From: Candidatus Omnitrophota bacterium
Lineage (GTDB): Bacteria > Omnitrophota > Gorgyraeia > Tantalellales > Tantalellaceae
Length of the DNA: 64,000 nucleotides
Assembly (NCBI GenBank): GCA_014728075.1
Contig: WJMG01000078.1
Coordinates: 2,668-66,667, forward strand
Reading direction: 5' to 3'
The position numbers and the translations under genes are program-made. The first letter of the stretch is position 1; the number at the start of each line of letters is the position of its first letter. The notes under the pieces are model-generated. The model was not told the origin of the DNA. It saw only the letters and a list, made by a program, of their open reading frames with translations, and made no database searches. Positions 45,153 through 58,307 of this stretch are shown in pieces.

Positions 45153-47672
45153 TCATTCCCCGCCTTCGGCGGAGGCGTCCTCCCCGACCGGTTTAGCGTT
45201 CTCGGCGGCGCCGGCAGCTTCTATCTCCTCAACGGTAACATCGTCCTCGTCCTTGGCCACGACGCTTGCCAGGTCCGTAAGCCGGTCGGTGTCCTTCAGA
45301 GAAATAACCCTTACTCCCTGCGTGGACCTGCCTATTTTGCTTATTCCGCTGACGGCAACGCGGACTACCATCCCCTTTTTGGAGATAAGCATGATCTCGT
45401 TGTCTTCCCGCACGCTTCTTACCCCGACCACCGGCCCGTTCTTGTCGACGATCTTCATGTTTATAACGCCGCTTCCCCCTCTTGACTGGAGCCGGTATTC
45501 CCCGAACTCGGTCCTTTTTCCGTACCCTCTTTCGGTAACGGTCAACAGCGTGCCGTCGGCGTCTGCCTTCACCATGCCTATCACCCGGTCGCCCTTCTTG
45601 AGCGAGATGCCTTTGACCCCGGCCGCTGTCCTGCCCATGGACCGGATGTCCTTCTCGCTGAACCTTATGGCTTTACCATCCGAAGTGGCCAGACAGATCT
45701 GGTCGTCCCCTCCGGACAGAACGGACCCGATAAGGCTGTCGCCCTTTGAAAGGTTGAGAGCGATTATGCCTCCTTTCCTGGGATTGCTGAAAGCCGTCAG
45801 CGAGGTCTTTTTTATCTTCCCGCTTCTGGTAGCCATGACCACATAGCAGCCTTCGGCAAATTCCCGTACAGGTACTACGGAAGATATCTTCTCGTCCTGC
45901 GCCAGTTCCAGCAGATTGACTATCGGCCTACCCTTTGTCCTCTTCCCGGCCTGCGGTATCTCGTGCACCTTCAGCCAGTGCAGTTTCCCCTGGTTGGTGA
46001 AAATAAGCAGGTAATCGTGTGTCGAGGCGACAAAAAGGTTCTCGACGAAATCCTCTTCTTTCGTGGACGCGCCTGTCACGCCTTTTCCTCCGCGCCGCTG
46101 TTTCTTATACGCGCTCACCGGGAACCTCTTGATATATCCGGCGTGGCTGAGCGTAATCACCATATCTTCTTCCGCTATGAGATCCTCTATATCTATGTCC
46201 TCCGCGTCTGCGGTTATCTCTGTGCGCCTTTCGTCTCCGAATTTCTCCTTAAGAGAAAGACATTCTTCCTTGATTATGTTCTGCACCTTTTTATCGCTGG
46301 CCAGTATCCCCTTGAGTTCCTCAATAAGCTTGAGCAGGTCTTTGTATTCGTTCTCAAGTTTTTCCGTCTCAAGGCTGGTAAGCTGCTGAAGTCGCATCGC
46401 GAGTATTGCCAGCGCCTGCCTCTCCGAAAGCTTGAATTTTTTCATCAGCCCGAGCTTGGCGGCCTCCGGGTCCTTGGACTTCTTGATGATCTTAATGACC
46501 TCGTCCAGGTTCTTGAGAGCTATCTTCAATCCTTCCAGTATATGCGCCCTTTCTTCCGCTTTGGCCAGGTCATATTTCGTGCGTCTGATTATTATCTCTT
46601 TCCGGTGCTTCACGAACTCCTCAAGGATCTCCTTAAGGTTCAACACCCTCGGCTGTCCATCGACGATCGCCAGCAGTATCACCCCGAAAGTATCCCTCAT
46701 CTGGGTGTGCTTATACAGCTGGTTCATCACCACTTCCGAATTGCTTCCTTTCTTTATATCGACCACTATCCTCATGCCGTCCCGGTCGGATTCGTCCCTT
46801 ATGTCCGAAATGCCGTCGACTTTCTTGTTCTTCACCAGGTCGGCGATCGAAGTAATGAGGCGTGTCTTGTTTACCTGGTACGGTATTTCCGTTACGATAA
46901 GCGCTTCTTTGCCCTGTTTTTTCTGCTCTATGTGGACCCTTGCCTGCATTTTCAGGGATCCGCGTCCCGTACGATATGCTTTAAGGATGTTGTCCCTTCC
47001 GCAGATCAGGGCGCCCGTTGGAAAGTCCGGTCCCGTGACTATTTTCACGAGGTCTTTTATCTGGCAGGAAGGATTATCGACCAGATAGCATATAGCGTCA
47101 ACGATCTCGTTGAGATTGTGGGGAGGGATGTTGGTCGCCATCCCTACGGCTATTCCGCTTGACCCGTTGAGCAGCAGGTTAGGCAGTATGGACGGCAACA
47201 CTTCCGGTTCTTTAAGCGATCCGTCAAAGTTCGGGCGCCATCCCACCGTTTCCTTTTCCAGGTCCTGGAGCAGGCTTTCGGTTATCCTTTGCATCCTCGC
47301 CTCGGTATACCTCATTGCCGCCGCCGAGTCCCCGTCTATGGACCCGAAGTTCCCCTGTCCGTTGATAAGAGGATACCGGAGAGAGAATTCCTGCACCATC
47401 CTGACGAGCGCGTCGTATACGGCCGTATCTCCGTGGGGATGGTATTTACCCAGGACCTCCCCCACTATTCTCGCGCTTTTCTTGTATGATTTGTTGTACA
47501 CTATGCCCATGTCCTTCATCGCGTAAAGGATCCTTCTGTGCACGGGCTTCAGCCCGTCGCGCACATCGGGAAGCGCTCTTCCTATGATAACGCTCATGGA
47601 ATAATTGATATACGAATCCTTCATCTCTTCTTCGATGTGGATCGGTATTATCTTCTCGTTCTGTGTATACAT
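45153..47672 (-). CDS. gyrA: DNA gyrase subunit A
   Basis: 839 aa. Active-site region and GyrA-box beta-pinwheel repeats. Confidence 0.95.
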   Translation of the reverse strand: MYTQNEKIIPIHIEEEMKDSYINYSMSVIIGRALPDVRDGLKPVHRRILYAMKDMGIVYNKSYKKSARIVGEVLGKYHPHGDTAVYDALVRMVQEFSLRYPLINGQGNFGSIDGDSAAAMRYTEARMQRITESLLQDLEKETVGWRPNFDGSLKEPEVLPSILPNLLLNGSSGIAVGMATNIPPHNLNEIVDAICYLVDNPSCQIKDLVKIVTGPDFPTGALICGRDNILKAYRTGRGSLKMQARVHIEQKKQGKEALIVTEIPYQVNKTRLITSIADLVKNKKVDGISDIRDESDRDGMRIVVDIKKGSNSEVVMNQLYKHTQMRDTFGVILLAIVDGQPRVLNLKEILEEFVKHRKEIIIRRTKYDLAKAEERAHILEGLKIALKNLDEVIKIIKKSKDPEAAKLGLMKKFKLSERQALAILAMRLQQLTSLETEKLENEYKDLLKLIEELKGILASDKKVQNIIKEECLSLKEKFGDERRTEITADAEDIDIEDLIAEEDMVITLSHAGYIKRFPVSAYKKQRRGGKGVTGASTKEEDFVENLFVASTHDYLLIFTNQGKLHWLKVHEIPQAGKRTKGRPIVNLLELAQDEKISSVVPVREFAEGCYVVMATRSGKIKKTSLTAFSNPRKGGIIALNLSKGDSLIGSVLSGGDDQICLATSDGKAIRFSEKDIRSMGRTAAGVKGISLKKGDRVIGMVKADADGTLLTVTERGYGKRTEFGEYRLQSRGGSGVINMKIVDKNGPVVGVRSVREDNEIMLISKKGMVVRVAVSGISKIGRSTQGVRVISLKDTDRLTDLASVVAKDEDDVTVEEIEAAGAAENAKPVGEDASAEGGE

Positions 47673-47770
47673 ATGCTCTCCTGTCTCTTATTTGTCCTCT
47701 CCGCGAAGCACCTGTCCGGGGACGCCTTAAATTTTTTTCCTTTTATTCTCTTCTTTTCACAGCGTACGGC

Positions 47771-50260
<2,490 letters not shown>

Positions 50261-50272
50261 TTATTTCCTGTC

Positions 50273-50602
50273 CTATTCCTCCAGGGTACCGACCCTGAAC
50301 CTTATGTTCCTGGCCTTGGTCCTTCCGGTATAGTTCTCGTTGAACCTCTTAAGTATATCACGCTTTTCCAGCGTGAATTTATAAAGCCATACCGAATTCT
50401 CGACCAATACTATTATGGTGGCGTTCTTGTAGTTAACCGGTCTCGAGTGGGCTTGCTCTTTTTCGGATACCGACCTGTTCCAGGCCTCCAGGACGGCATT
50501 CCCCTTTTTCCTGTTGCTCTTCTCTATCTTCCTGAGAACACCGTCGACTACTCCCCTAACATGCCCCGCGCCTTTTTTATCCCTCATATCCCTATCCGGC
50601 AA
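50273..50602 (-). CDS. DUF721 (DciA-like) protein in the dnaA-dnaN-gyrB cluster
   Basis: Its position between dnaN and gyrB fits. W-x-x-V...LV/VENS pattern. Confidence 0.55.
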   Translation of the reverse strand: MPDRDMRDKKGAGHVRGVVDGVLRKIEKSNRKKGNAVLEAWNRSVSEKEQAHSRPVNYKNATIIVLVENSVWLYKFTLEKRDILKRFNENYTGRTKARNIRFRVGTLEE

Positions 50603-51695
50603 GCTGCATGGGAAGGACTACATAAATGTAATCTTCCCCTCTCCTGAATACCCCGGGCTTTCCCGGGTCCTTGACCTCAAAAGTAACTTCCTCATCGTCC
50701 AGGCTTTTAAGGACATCTATAAGATACCTCGGATTGAAGCCTATTTCAAGCTCATCGTTTCCAGTATAAACAACGGGTATCTCCTCTTTCGCCTCTCCGA
50801 GGTAGGGTGTGTTCTTTGATATCATCATCCTGGTCTTCTTGACACTGAGTTTTATCGCCATTGAATCCTGGTCGGTGAAGATATTCGCTCTTCTGGTAGC
50901 GGACAGGAACTCGTCCCTCGATACCTTTATCTCTTTGGAAGACCTTTCGGGTATGACCTTGTTATAGTTGGGATATTCTCCTTCTATTAACCTCGAAAGA
51001 ATAAAGCTGTCCGAAAAAGAGAACAAAACCTGATTCTCGCTGAACTTCACCTGAACTTCACCTTCATCCTGAAGCATCCTTTTCACTTCCTGAACGGCTT
51101 TTGTCGGTATTATGGCTTTTCTGTCGGTAAGTATTTTTTCAGGGAGAGTGCTTGAGGCTATGGCAAGGCGCCTGCCGTCGGTAGCTACGACAGAAAGCTT
51201 ATCCCCCTTGACCGCCATAAGGATCCCGTTGAGTACATAACGGGTGTCGTCCCTGCTTATCGCGAAATCCGTAAGGTTGAGGATATTTTTTAAAACCCCC
51301 TGAGCGACCGTAACGGATTCCTTATCCTCGAACAGCGGCAGCTGCGGAAATTCCTCTTTCGGTAATCCTATGATCTTGAAATTGGCCTTTCCGCTTTTTA
51401 TGGTAACAAAATTGTTCTTTTTCATGGAAAGCTCTACATCGTTGCCCTCGGGTAACGCTTTTACGATATCGAAGAACTTTCTAGCCGGGACGGTTATAGC
51501 CCCTTCCTGAAGGACCTCCACCGGAATGGTTGAACATATCCCTATATCAAGATCCGTAGCGGTCAGTTTTAAGGTCCCTTTTTCCGACTCAAGAAGAACA
51601 TTGCTTAATATAGGTAAGCTGCTTTTTTGAGATACCGCGTTTTGAACGGTTTGTATACCGTTTACCAGATCCTCCTTTGAAACTCTGATCTCCAT
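50592..51695 (-). CDS. dnaN: DNA polymerase III beta sliding clamp
   Basis: 367 aa. Three-domain clamp architecture. Confidence 0.9.
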   Translation of the reverse strand: MEIRVSKEDLVNGIQTVQNAVSQKSSLPILSNVLLESEKGTLKLTATDLDIGICSTIPVEVLQEGAITVPARKFFDIVKALPEGNDVELSMKKNNFVTIKSGKANFKIIGLPKEEFPQLPLFEDKESVTVAQGVLKNILNLTDFAISRDDTRYVLNGILMAVKGDKLSVVATDGRRLAIASSTLPEKILTDRKAIIPTKAVQEVKRMLQDEGEVQVKFSENQVLFSFSDSFILSRLIEGEYPNYNKVIPERSSKEIKVSRDEFLSATRRANIFTDQDSMAIKLSVKKTRMMISKNTPYLGEAKEEIPVVYTGNDELEIGFNPRYLIDVLKSLDDEEVTFEVKDPGKPGVFRRGEDYIYVVLPMQLAG

Positions 51696-51766
51696 AATTC
51701 CTCCTATAAGACTGTTCTATTATTTGAAAAACAGCAGTAATCTTATTAATAGACACCCGCATAACC

Positions 51767-51879
51767 TGTGGATAAGTATGTAAATGTTTAGTAATAAAGG
51801 TCTTGCGTTAATAAAAAGCTGTGGATAAGTTATATATAACCTTGTGGAAACAAACTGGAAAAACATTTATTTATCCACA
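51767..51879. promoter_or_regulatory. DnaA-box cluster in the dnaA-dnaN intergenic region: TGTGGATAA at 51767-51775 and 51820-51828, TTATCCACA at 51871-51879, degenerate TTGTGGAAA at 51842
   Basis: Direct reading. 9-mer consensus TTATCCACA. Confidence 0.7.
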
Positions 51880-51888
51880 GCGAAAAGG

Positions 51889-53298
51889 TCAGTCTTTTAT
51901 CATCGATCTGAGCCTTTTTATAGTATCTCTGGTCTTTTCGTTTTCCTCTACTTCTTTTGCGATCTTGTCGCAGGCGTGAAGAACGGTCGTATGGTCACGC
52001 CCGAAAAAATTACCTATGTCCGGAAGGGAATGGTCGGTAAACTCCCTTGCCAGGTACATAGCGATCTGACGGGGGTACGCTATAGCCCGTGTTCGTTTTT
52101 TCGATTTAAGGTCAGTTTCCGGTACCCCGAAAAAGTCCGATACTGTATTCTGTATATCCTTTATGTGTATTTTCTTTACGCCTTCCGAGATCATGCCTTT
52201 AAGGACCTCTCTTGCCAGGTCTGTGGTCATTTCTCTTCCGGTCAGTTTTCCGTAAGCCGCGACGCGTATAAGGGCGCCTTCCAGTTCCCGGATGTTCGAA
52301 CGGATATGTTCCGCCAGGAAAAAAAGAACTTCTTTTGATACGGCGACCGCTTCGTTCTGGGATTTTCTCTCAAGTATCGCTATCCGTGTCTCAAAGTCCG
52401 GGGGCTGGACATCGGCCGTCAAGCCCCAGGCGAAGCGAGTTACAAGGCGTTCCTCGAGTTTAGCTATTTCCTTAGGAGGTCTGTCGGAGCACAGGACGAT
52501 CTGTTTATGCGCGTCGTACAGGGTATTAAAAGTATGGAAGAACTCTTCCTGTGTGGATTCTTTTCCGGAGATGAACTGTATATCGTCCAGAAGAAGGATA
52601 TCCGCGTGCCGGTACATGTCCCTGAACTTCTGCATGGTCTTGTTCCGGATCCCGTTTATGAGCTGGTTGGTGAACTCTTCGCTGGACAGATATATAACCC
52701 TGGCTCTCGGATGCCTTTTCATGATCTCGTGGCCCATGGCCTGCATAAGATGTGTTTTGCCAAGGCCGGTACCCCCGTAAAGAAAGAAAGGATTATATTG
52801 TTTAGCGATGTTTTCGCAAACCGCCATGGCCGCGGCGTGCGCAAAACGGTTGCTGGGCCCGACCACGAATTCGTCGAAAGTGTATTTGTCGTTCAATTCG
52901 GCCCGGGAAGAGCTGTTTTTCAGGGGTTGGGGCGAAAAGACATTCTTTAGCCAGGATCGTCCGGAAGGTGTTCTTTCCTCGGAAGAGGGTTTAGGAGCGG
53001 TCTTTTCCGGCGGATCTACGGAGGGTGCAGGGTCTTGCCCCATACCGGACATGTTAGGGGTATCCACTATCTTGAAGGAAACCGAAACATCTTTTCCGGC
53101 AGCCTGATGTACTGCCGTGGAGATAAGGCTGATATATTTTTCCTTTAACCAGTCCTCGTAGAATTTGTTTGGAACCCCGAGGGTAAGAGAAGACGAATCA
53201 AAGGAAACCTGAGTGATAGGCTGGAACCAGGCGCTGAAGATCTGTTCGTTTACTTCCGAGCGGAGTATATTAAGGGCTTTTTTCCAGAGGCTGTCCAT
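51889..53298 (-). CDS. dnaA: Chromosomal replication initiator DnaA
   Basis: AAA+ Walker A GGTGLGKTHL. C-terminal DNA-binding domain. Confidence 0.95.
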   Translation of the reverse strand: MDSLWKKALNILRSEVNEQIFSAWFQPITQVSFDSSSLTLGVPNKFYEDWLKEKYISLISTAVHQAAGKDVSVSFKIVDTPNMSGMGQDPAPSVDPPEKTAPKPSSEERTPSGRSWLKNVFSPQPLKNSSSRAELNDKYTFDEFVVGPSNRFAHAAAMAVCENIAKQYNPFFLYGGTGLGKTHLMQAMGHEIMKRHPRARVIYLSSEEFTNQLINGIRNKTMQKFRDMYRHADILLLDDIQFISGKESTQEEFFHTFNTLYDAHKQIVLCSDRPPKEIAKLEERLVTRFAWGLTADVQPPDFETRIAILERKSQNEAVAVSKEVLFFLAEHIRSNIRELEGALIRVAAYGKLTGREMTTDLAREVLKGMISEGVKKIHIKDIQNTVSDFFGVPETDLKSKKRTRAIAYPRQIAMYLAREFTDHSLPDIGNFFGRDHTTVLHACDKIAKEVEENEKTRDTIKRLRSMIKD

Positions 53299-53348
53299 AA
53301 AAAACGAAGGGAAAAGTTATTAAAACAATCAACAAGAAAAGGAATGGA

Positions 53349-53389
53349 AATCCACAACAAATGAAGAAGATATTAACAAGTTATCCACA
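53349..53389. promoter_or_regulatory. DnaA boxes upstream of dnaA (TTATCCACA at 53381-53389; degenerate AAATCCACA at 53349), followed by an AT-rich stretch (candidate DUE) up to ~53560
   Basis: Direct reading. Confidence 0.55.
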
Positions 53390-53571
53390 GCGTGTTAAGA
53401 TCTGCTTTTTACTGAATTTTAATTATATACACGATATTAATGTAAAGCAAGGAAAAAATCGCGGACAGAAATCCGACCAGCAGATGTTATCGCAGCATAA
53501 CCCGATATTTTAGCGGGAAAAGAGCCGTATATAAAAAATCGGGAAAAGCCCGGAAAGGGATAATTATAACC

Positions 53572-53599
53572 TTGACTTAAAACGGCTGTATGATATAAT
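53572..53599 (+). promoter_or_regulatory. Near-consensus sigma70 promoter for rpmH (TTGACT, 16-nt spacer, TATAAT)
   Basis: Direct reading: cTTGACTtaaaacggctgtatgaTATAATc. Confidence 0.6.
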
Positions 53600-53656
53600 C
53601 ATAAATCCAAAAAACGGGATGTAAGTAATATTATAGAAATACAAGGGGTGGTACCA

Positions 53657-53794
53657 GTGAAAAAGAATCTTACAAATAAATCCAATCTGAAACGCAAAAG
53701 AAAGCACGGCTTCCGCGCCAGGAGCAGCTCAAAATCGGGAAAAGCCATACTCCAGCGAAAAAGGCGCAAAGGCGAAAAAGTACTTTCCGCGTGA
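53657..53794 (+). CDS. rpmH: 50S ribosomal protein L34 (45 aa, GTG start). Not in the ORF track.
   Basis: [54 protein letters not shown]. Confidence 0.85.
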   Translation: MKKNLTNKSNLKRKRKHGFRARSSSKSGKAILQRKRRKGEKVLSA

Positions 53795-54129
53795 AACTCC
53801 AGCACCTGAAAAATGCCGGGGAGTTTGCCGCTATCCTTTCGGGCGGGACCAGGAGAAAAGGCAGGGTCCTGACGGTCATATCCAAAAAACGCTCCGGAGA
53901 AAACACGAACAAAAGAGTAGGGCTCATTGTTTCAAAAAAAGCGGCCGGGACTTCAGTTCGCCGAAACCATATTAAAAGAGTAATATACGCTTTCTTCAGA
54001 GAGCACCCCGAAGTCTTTGAGGACGGAAAGGACATAGTTGTTCGGATTATCGCTGATGTAAGAAGTGAGCCCCGTAAAGGCCTGTCAAAAACCCTGAGGC
54101 AAGAATTAACGCAGCTGCTTAGTAAATAA
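53791..54129 (+). CDS. rnpA: RNase P protein component
   Basis: GTGA overlap with the rpmH stop. The basic RNR-like segment is conserved. Confidence 0.85.
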   Translation: MKLQHLKNAGEFAAILSGGTRRKGRVLTVISKKRSGENTNKRVGLIVSKKAAGTSVRRNHIKRVIYAFFREHPEVFEDGKDIVVRIIADVRSEPRKGLSKTLRQELTQLLSK

Positions 54130-54142
54130 CCAGATAGGATAT

Positions 54143-54367
54143 ATGAGAAGATTTTTGGTGTTTATGCTGGCCCTTTACAAAAAGTATATAAGTCCTTTTC
54201 TCCCAAGGAGTTGTAAGTTTTCGCCTACCTGTTCCGAGTATTCCGCTGAAGCAATAACACGGTATGGAGTGTTCAAAGGAGCGGTTATGTCCTTATGGAG
54301 GATTTTAAGATGTAACCCTTTTTCCCGCGGGGGTTTTGATCCGGTTATTAAGAACAATAAAGGATAA
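54143..54367 (+). CDS. yidD: Membrane protein insertion efficiency factor YidD
   Basis: [10 protein letters not shown] motif. Confidence 0.85.
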   Translation: MRRFLVFMLALYKKYISPFLPRSCKFSPTCSEYSAEAITRYGVFKGAVMSLWRILRCNPFSRGGFDPVIKNNKG

Positions 54368-54373
54368 GATCAA

Positions 54374-55975
54374 ATGGAAAAAAGATTATTGATAGCCCTG
54401 GGGCTTTCGCTTGCCGTTCTGTTCCTTTTTCAAAAAATGAGCCCAAAGGGACCCGTGACCGGGGCGCCAGAAAAAGGCGCGACCGTACAGATGGAAGAAC
54501 TCGCGGCTTTTGACAGCCGTGGCGCGGAAAAGAACACACCGGCCGTTCGCCCGATGCAAACGGCTGAAAAAGTAAAAGAGGAAGAGACGGTCATAGAGAC
54601 CGGAAAATATCGTCTGGTTTTTTCCAATATAGGTGGTTCCTTGAAAAAGGTCGTGCTTAAGGAATACAGCGGCAAGGAGGAAGAGGTCCTGCAGCAGACC
54701 AAAGATCCGGCCCAAAGCCCCTTTGCTTTAAAAAGTCCTGTTTTTCCCGGCATAGAAAAAGCCCCCTATTCGGTCAGTAAAGGAGAAGGATATCTTGAAT
54801 ATTCCCTCCAACAGCCCGGAGAAATACAGATAAAGAAAAGATATACATTCGATAACTCAAATGATTACATAGGCTTAACGCTCCTTGTTGAAAATCTTTC
54901 GAAAAAACAGATCAACTTTTCTTATGAAATAGTAGGGCCGGCCGGAATGGTAAATGGGGACGAGGTCTCCGGGCGAAGTTTTCTCCAGGCAGACTCTTTA
55001 GTAGACGGGAAGATCTGGAAAGAGAAAAGTGTTAAAAATACCGAAACAAGAAAAGGCGCGGTTGCCTGGGCGGGTTTGAAGAACAGGTATTTCACCATGA
55101 TACTTAATCCGCAAAGGCCCGCACAAGAGGTTTCGGTACAACAACTTAACAAAAATGATATGTTGCTGGGCATTGAACCCGAACCCCTTGAGCTCTCTCC
55201 GGGAGCGATCAAAGAAGCCCGATTTATCCTGTACGCCGGCCCAATAATAGAATCAAGAATAGCGGCTGTAGACGACAGCATGACCGGAGTGGTCGATTAC
55301 GGGTTTTTCGGAGGCGTTAGTAAGATACTGCTATCTGTCCTGAGTTTTTTCTACGGATGGACGGGAAACTGGGGAATAGCGATAATTCTCTTGACCCTTA
55401 CCATAAACCTGCTGCTTTTTCCTCTTACGAAGAAAAGTTTCCTTTCTATGCAGCAGATGAAAAAGCTCCAGCCGCATATGCAGCAGCTTAAGGAAAAACA
55501 CAAGGACAATCCTCAAAAGCTCAACAAAGAGATGATGGAACTTTATAAGAAGTACAATGTAAACCCCCTGGGCGGATGCCTTCCCCTTCTTCTGCAGATG
55601 CCTATATTTATTTCACTGTACCAGGGGCTTATGCGCTCGGTCAACTTGAAAGGCGCGAATTTTCTCTGGATAACAGACCTGGCAAAACCGGATGCCGTAG
55701 GCATTCCCTTTTCGCTTCCCTTGATCGGGGATTCCGTGAACATTTTGCCGATACTCATGGTAGGCGCTATGTTCCTTCAGCAGAAATTATCCCAGGGAGC
55801 AACGGCAGCGGTATCTAACGAACAGGCGGGGCAGCAAAAGATGATGATGGTCATTTTCCCGCTGTTCTTCGGGTTTTTATTTTATAAAATGCCGTCGGGG
55901 CTTGTGCTTTACTGGCTTACCAACACCGTATTAATGGTTACCGAACAAACACTGATAGCCAAAAAACATTCCTAA
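54374..55975 (+). CDS. yidC: Membrane protein insertase YidC
   Basis: 533 aa. N-terminal TM, periplasmic domain and 5-TM core with conserved C-terminal region. Confidence 0.9.
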   Translation: MEKRLLIALGLSLAVLFLFQKMSPKGPVTGAPEKGATVQMEELAAFDSRGAEKNTPAVRPMQTAEKVKEEETVIETGKYRLVFSNIGGSLKKVVLKEYSGKEEEVLQQTKDPAQSPFALKSPVFPGIEKAPYSVSKGEGYLEYSLQQPGEIQIKKRYTFDNSNDYIGLTLLVENLSKKQINFSYEIVGPAGMVNGDEVSGRSFLQADSLVDGKIWKEKSVKNTETRKGAVAWAGLKNRYFTMILNPQRPAQEVSVQQLNKNDMLLGIEPEPLELSPGAIKEARFILYAGPIIESRIAAVDDSMTGVVDYGFFGGVSKILLSVLSFFYGWTGNWGIAIILLTLTINLLLFPLTKKSFLSMQQMKKLQPHMQQLKEKHKDNPQKLNKEMMELYKKYNVNPLGGCLPLLLQMPIFISLYQGLMRSVNLKGANFLWITDLAKPDAVGIPFSLPLIGDSVNILPILMVGAMFLQQKLSQGATAAVSNEQAGQQKMMMVIFPLFFGFLFYKMPSGLVLYWLTNTVLMVTEQTLIAKKHS

Positions 55976-55979
55976 TAGC

Positions 55980-56180
55980 ATGAAAAGACCACAAACCACT
56001 ATAGAAGTAGAAGCGACGACCGTACAGGACGCTATAAAAAAAGCCCTTTCGGTACTTAAGGCTCCTAAAAAAGAAGTCAAGATCGAAGTGCTCAAGGAAG
56101 AACGAAAAGGTCTTTTCGGCATGGAAGGCGCCGAAAGAGCCAGAATAAGGGCGACGCTTAAAGAATCCATTCAAAAATAA
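55980..56180 (+). CDS. jag: Jag/KhpB N-terminal domain-only protein (66 aa)
   Basis: Jag_N-like sequence after yidC. No KH or R3H domain follows in any frame. Confidence 0.55.
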   Translation: MKRPQTTIEVEATTVQDAIKKALSVLKAPKKEVKIEVLKEERKGLFGMEGAERARIRATLKESIQK

Positions 56181-56225
56181 GCCCTCCAACCCAGGCTAAA
56201 AATTATCCCCCGCATGTAAATAACC

Positions 56226-56412
56226 TGTGGATAACTCGCGTTTTCCATATAGAAAAGCAAGGTTTCCATGTGGAAACCGAAACTTCCTGATACATTGTTC
56301 CAGCCGATCCGCGAAACTGTTTATAGATGCTTAGAGCGAAACGGAAGCTACTCCGATATTCTACTCCAGCCGATCCGCGAATAGTATGGGATCAGAGTTT
56401 CCACGTGGAAAC
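56226..56412. promoter_or_regulatory. Upstream of parAB: DnaA box TGTGGATAA (56226-56234). Two 16-bp palindromes GTTTCCATGTGGAAAC (56262-56277) and GTTTCCACGTGGAAAC (56397-56412), which are parS-like. Two direct repeats tCCAGCCGATCCGCGAA (56298-56316, 56364-56381).
   Basis: Direct reading. Canonical parS is tGTTTCACGTGAAACa. These palindromes carry an extra C/G pair. Confidence 0.5.
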
Positions 56413-56594
56413 ATTTCCAAAAAATTTTTGACTGCCCGTAAAAGGCTGCTTTTTTGGGCTTTCAGGGCGATCTTTGTTTTGCTTGCCCGAAAGCTGCTTG
56501 CGGCAAAAAATAATTTGTTGACGCTCTCGACTTCGTATGATAATATTTTTTACAACAAACCATTAACACAACCCACCCAAAAAAGAGGTCTATC

Positions 56595-57425
56595 GTGAAA
56601 AAAATAGCTTTCTGTAATCAAAAAGGCGGAGTCGCGAAAACCACCTCGGCCATAAACATAGCCGCATACCTGGCCCTTAAAGGGAAAAGAACGCTTCTGG
56701 TCGACCTGGACCCCCAGGCAAACGCGACAAGCGGCGGGGGCATCGATAAAGCAAAACTAGAACACAGCATTTACGACCTTCTCCACGAACATATCCGCAT
56801 AGATACTGCTATTAAGGACACCGCTATAGACGGTCTAAAAATTGTTCCATCAAATATAAATCTTACCGGCGCCGAAGTGGAGCTTGTAAATGTTATGGGC
56901 AGAGAATACCGGCTAAAAAAATCATTGGAGGAGATCGAAGAGAACTATGATTACGCGATACTGGATTGCCCCCCCTCTCTCGGGCTGCTGACCATAAACG
57001 CCCTGACCGCGGCTAACTCCGTCATAATACCGATCCAATGCGAATATTACGCATTGGAGGGGCTAAGTCAGTTAATGCAAACTCTTGACCTTATTAGAGA
57101 TAATCTTAACGAGTCTCTTTATGTCGAAGGCGTTCTTATGACATTGGCGGATTTCCGGACAAACCTGACCAAAGAAGTGATCAGTGAAGTAAAGGAGTAC
57201 TTTGGGGACAAAGTATATAAGACCGTTATCCCAAGGACAGTAAAGCTTACCGAGGCCCCGGGTTTTGGAAAGCCTATAGCTCTTTATGCCGAAGACTCTA
57301 TCGGAGCCAGGCGGTATTCGGATGTTGTGGACGAAATGCTGGGGCTTTATAAGGACACACAAGATAATATAAAAGAAGAGGTTACCATAAACACGGAGGA
57401 AAGCCATGGAGAAGCGGCTGGGTAA
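56595..57425 (+). CDS. parA: Chromosome partitioning ATPase ParA/Soj (GTG start)
   Basis: Deviant Walker A KGGVAKTT. RBS AGAGG. Confidence 0.9.
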   Translation: MKKIAFCNQKGGVAKTTSAINIAAYLALKGKRTLLVDLDPQANATSGGGIDKAKLEHSIYDLLHEHIRIDTAIKDTAIDGLKIVPSNINLTGAEVELVNVMGREYRLKKSLEEIEENYDYAILDCPPSLGLLTINALTAANSVIIPIQCEYYALEGLSQLMQTLDLIRDNLNESLYVEGVLMTLADFRTNLTKEVISEVKEYFGDKVYKTVIPRTVKLTEAPGFGKPIALYAEDSIGARRYSDVVDEMLGLYKDTQDNIKEEVTINTEESHGEAAG

Positions 57426-58245
57426 AGGACTGGGAGCGTTGATCACCGAAGACACAGGTAAGGCCAAACAAAAGATTGAAAATATCAAGCTAAAGGACAT
57501 TGTCCCTAATCCGATGCAGCCGAGAAAGAATTTCGGCGAGCAAAAAATGAGCGAGTTGATAGATTCAATAAAGGAAAAAGGTGTCATACAGCCTATTCTG
57601 GCGAGAAAAACAGAAAACGGGCTGGAAATAATCGCCGGCGAAAGAAGATGGAGAGCAGCTCAAACCCTTGGCATAGAAGAAGTTCCGGCAATAGTCAAGG
57701 AGGGAATAGACGACGCGGCCACACTTGAACTCTCCTTGATCGAGAACATACAGAGAGAAGAGCTCAACCCTGTGGAAGAAGCGGTGGCTTACAGGGAATT
57801 AGGTGAAAAATACGACTATACCCTGGAAAAAATAGGCCAGATGGTAGGCAAAGACAAAACTACGATTTCCAACAGTTTGCGGCTTTTGTCTTTATCCAAA
57901 GAAATACTCGAGCTTCTGGAAAAAGGTGCCATATCAACAGGACATGCCAAGGTCCTCCTCTCCGTAACAAGTGAACACAAAAGGAGAAAACTCGCTAAGT
58001 CCATTGTTAAGAACGGTTTATCCGTCAGGGAGACCGAAAGAATAGCACATCTGGTAACGGATATAAAGCGAAAAAGAACAGAAAAAAAGGACCCTGATGT
58101 AGCGAGAGTGGAAGAAGAGCTTCAGCACAGGCTGGGGACCAAGGTACGGATACACCAGGGCAAAAAACGGGGGAGAATAGAGATACAGTACTATTCCAAC
58201 GATGATATGAAAAGACTGTTGGGCCTTTTAATGGGAGCGGCATAA
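57406..58245 (+). CDS. parB: Chromosome partitioning protein ParB/Spo0J
   Basis: ParB box GERRWRAA. HTH region. Confidence 0.9.
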   Translation: MEKRLGKGLGALITEDTGKAKQKIENIKLKDIVPNPMQPRKNFGEQKMSELIDSIKEKGVIQPILARKTENGLEIIAGERRWRAAQTLGIEEVPAIVKEGIDDAATLELSLIENIQREELNPVEEAVAYRELGEKYDYTLEKIGQMVGKDKTTISNSLRLLSLSKEILELLEKGAISTGHAKVLLSVTSEHKRRKLAKSIVKNGLSVRETERIAHLVTDIKRKRTEKKDPDVARVEEELQHRLGTKVRIHQGKKRGRIEIQYYSNDDMKRLLGLLMGAA

Positions 58246-58307
58246 ATACGCTTGACATAATCTCTTTATAGTAGTAGTATTTAAGGGAATATAAGACCTT
58301 TTAAAAC

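Noticed and set aside
45963-47162. 399-aa plus-strand ORF and neighbouring plus-strand ORFs (45253..45846, 46432..47088)
   Set aside because: They are antisense to gyrA.
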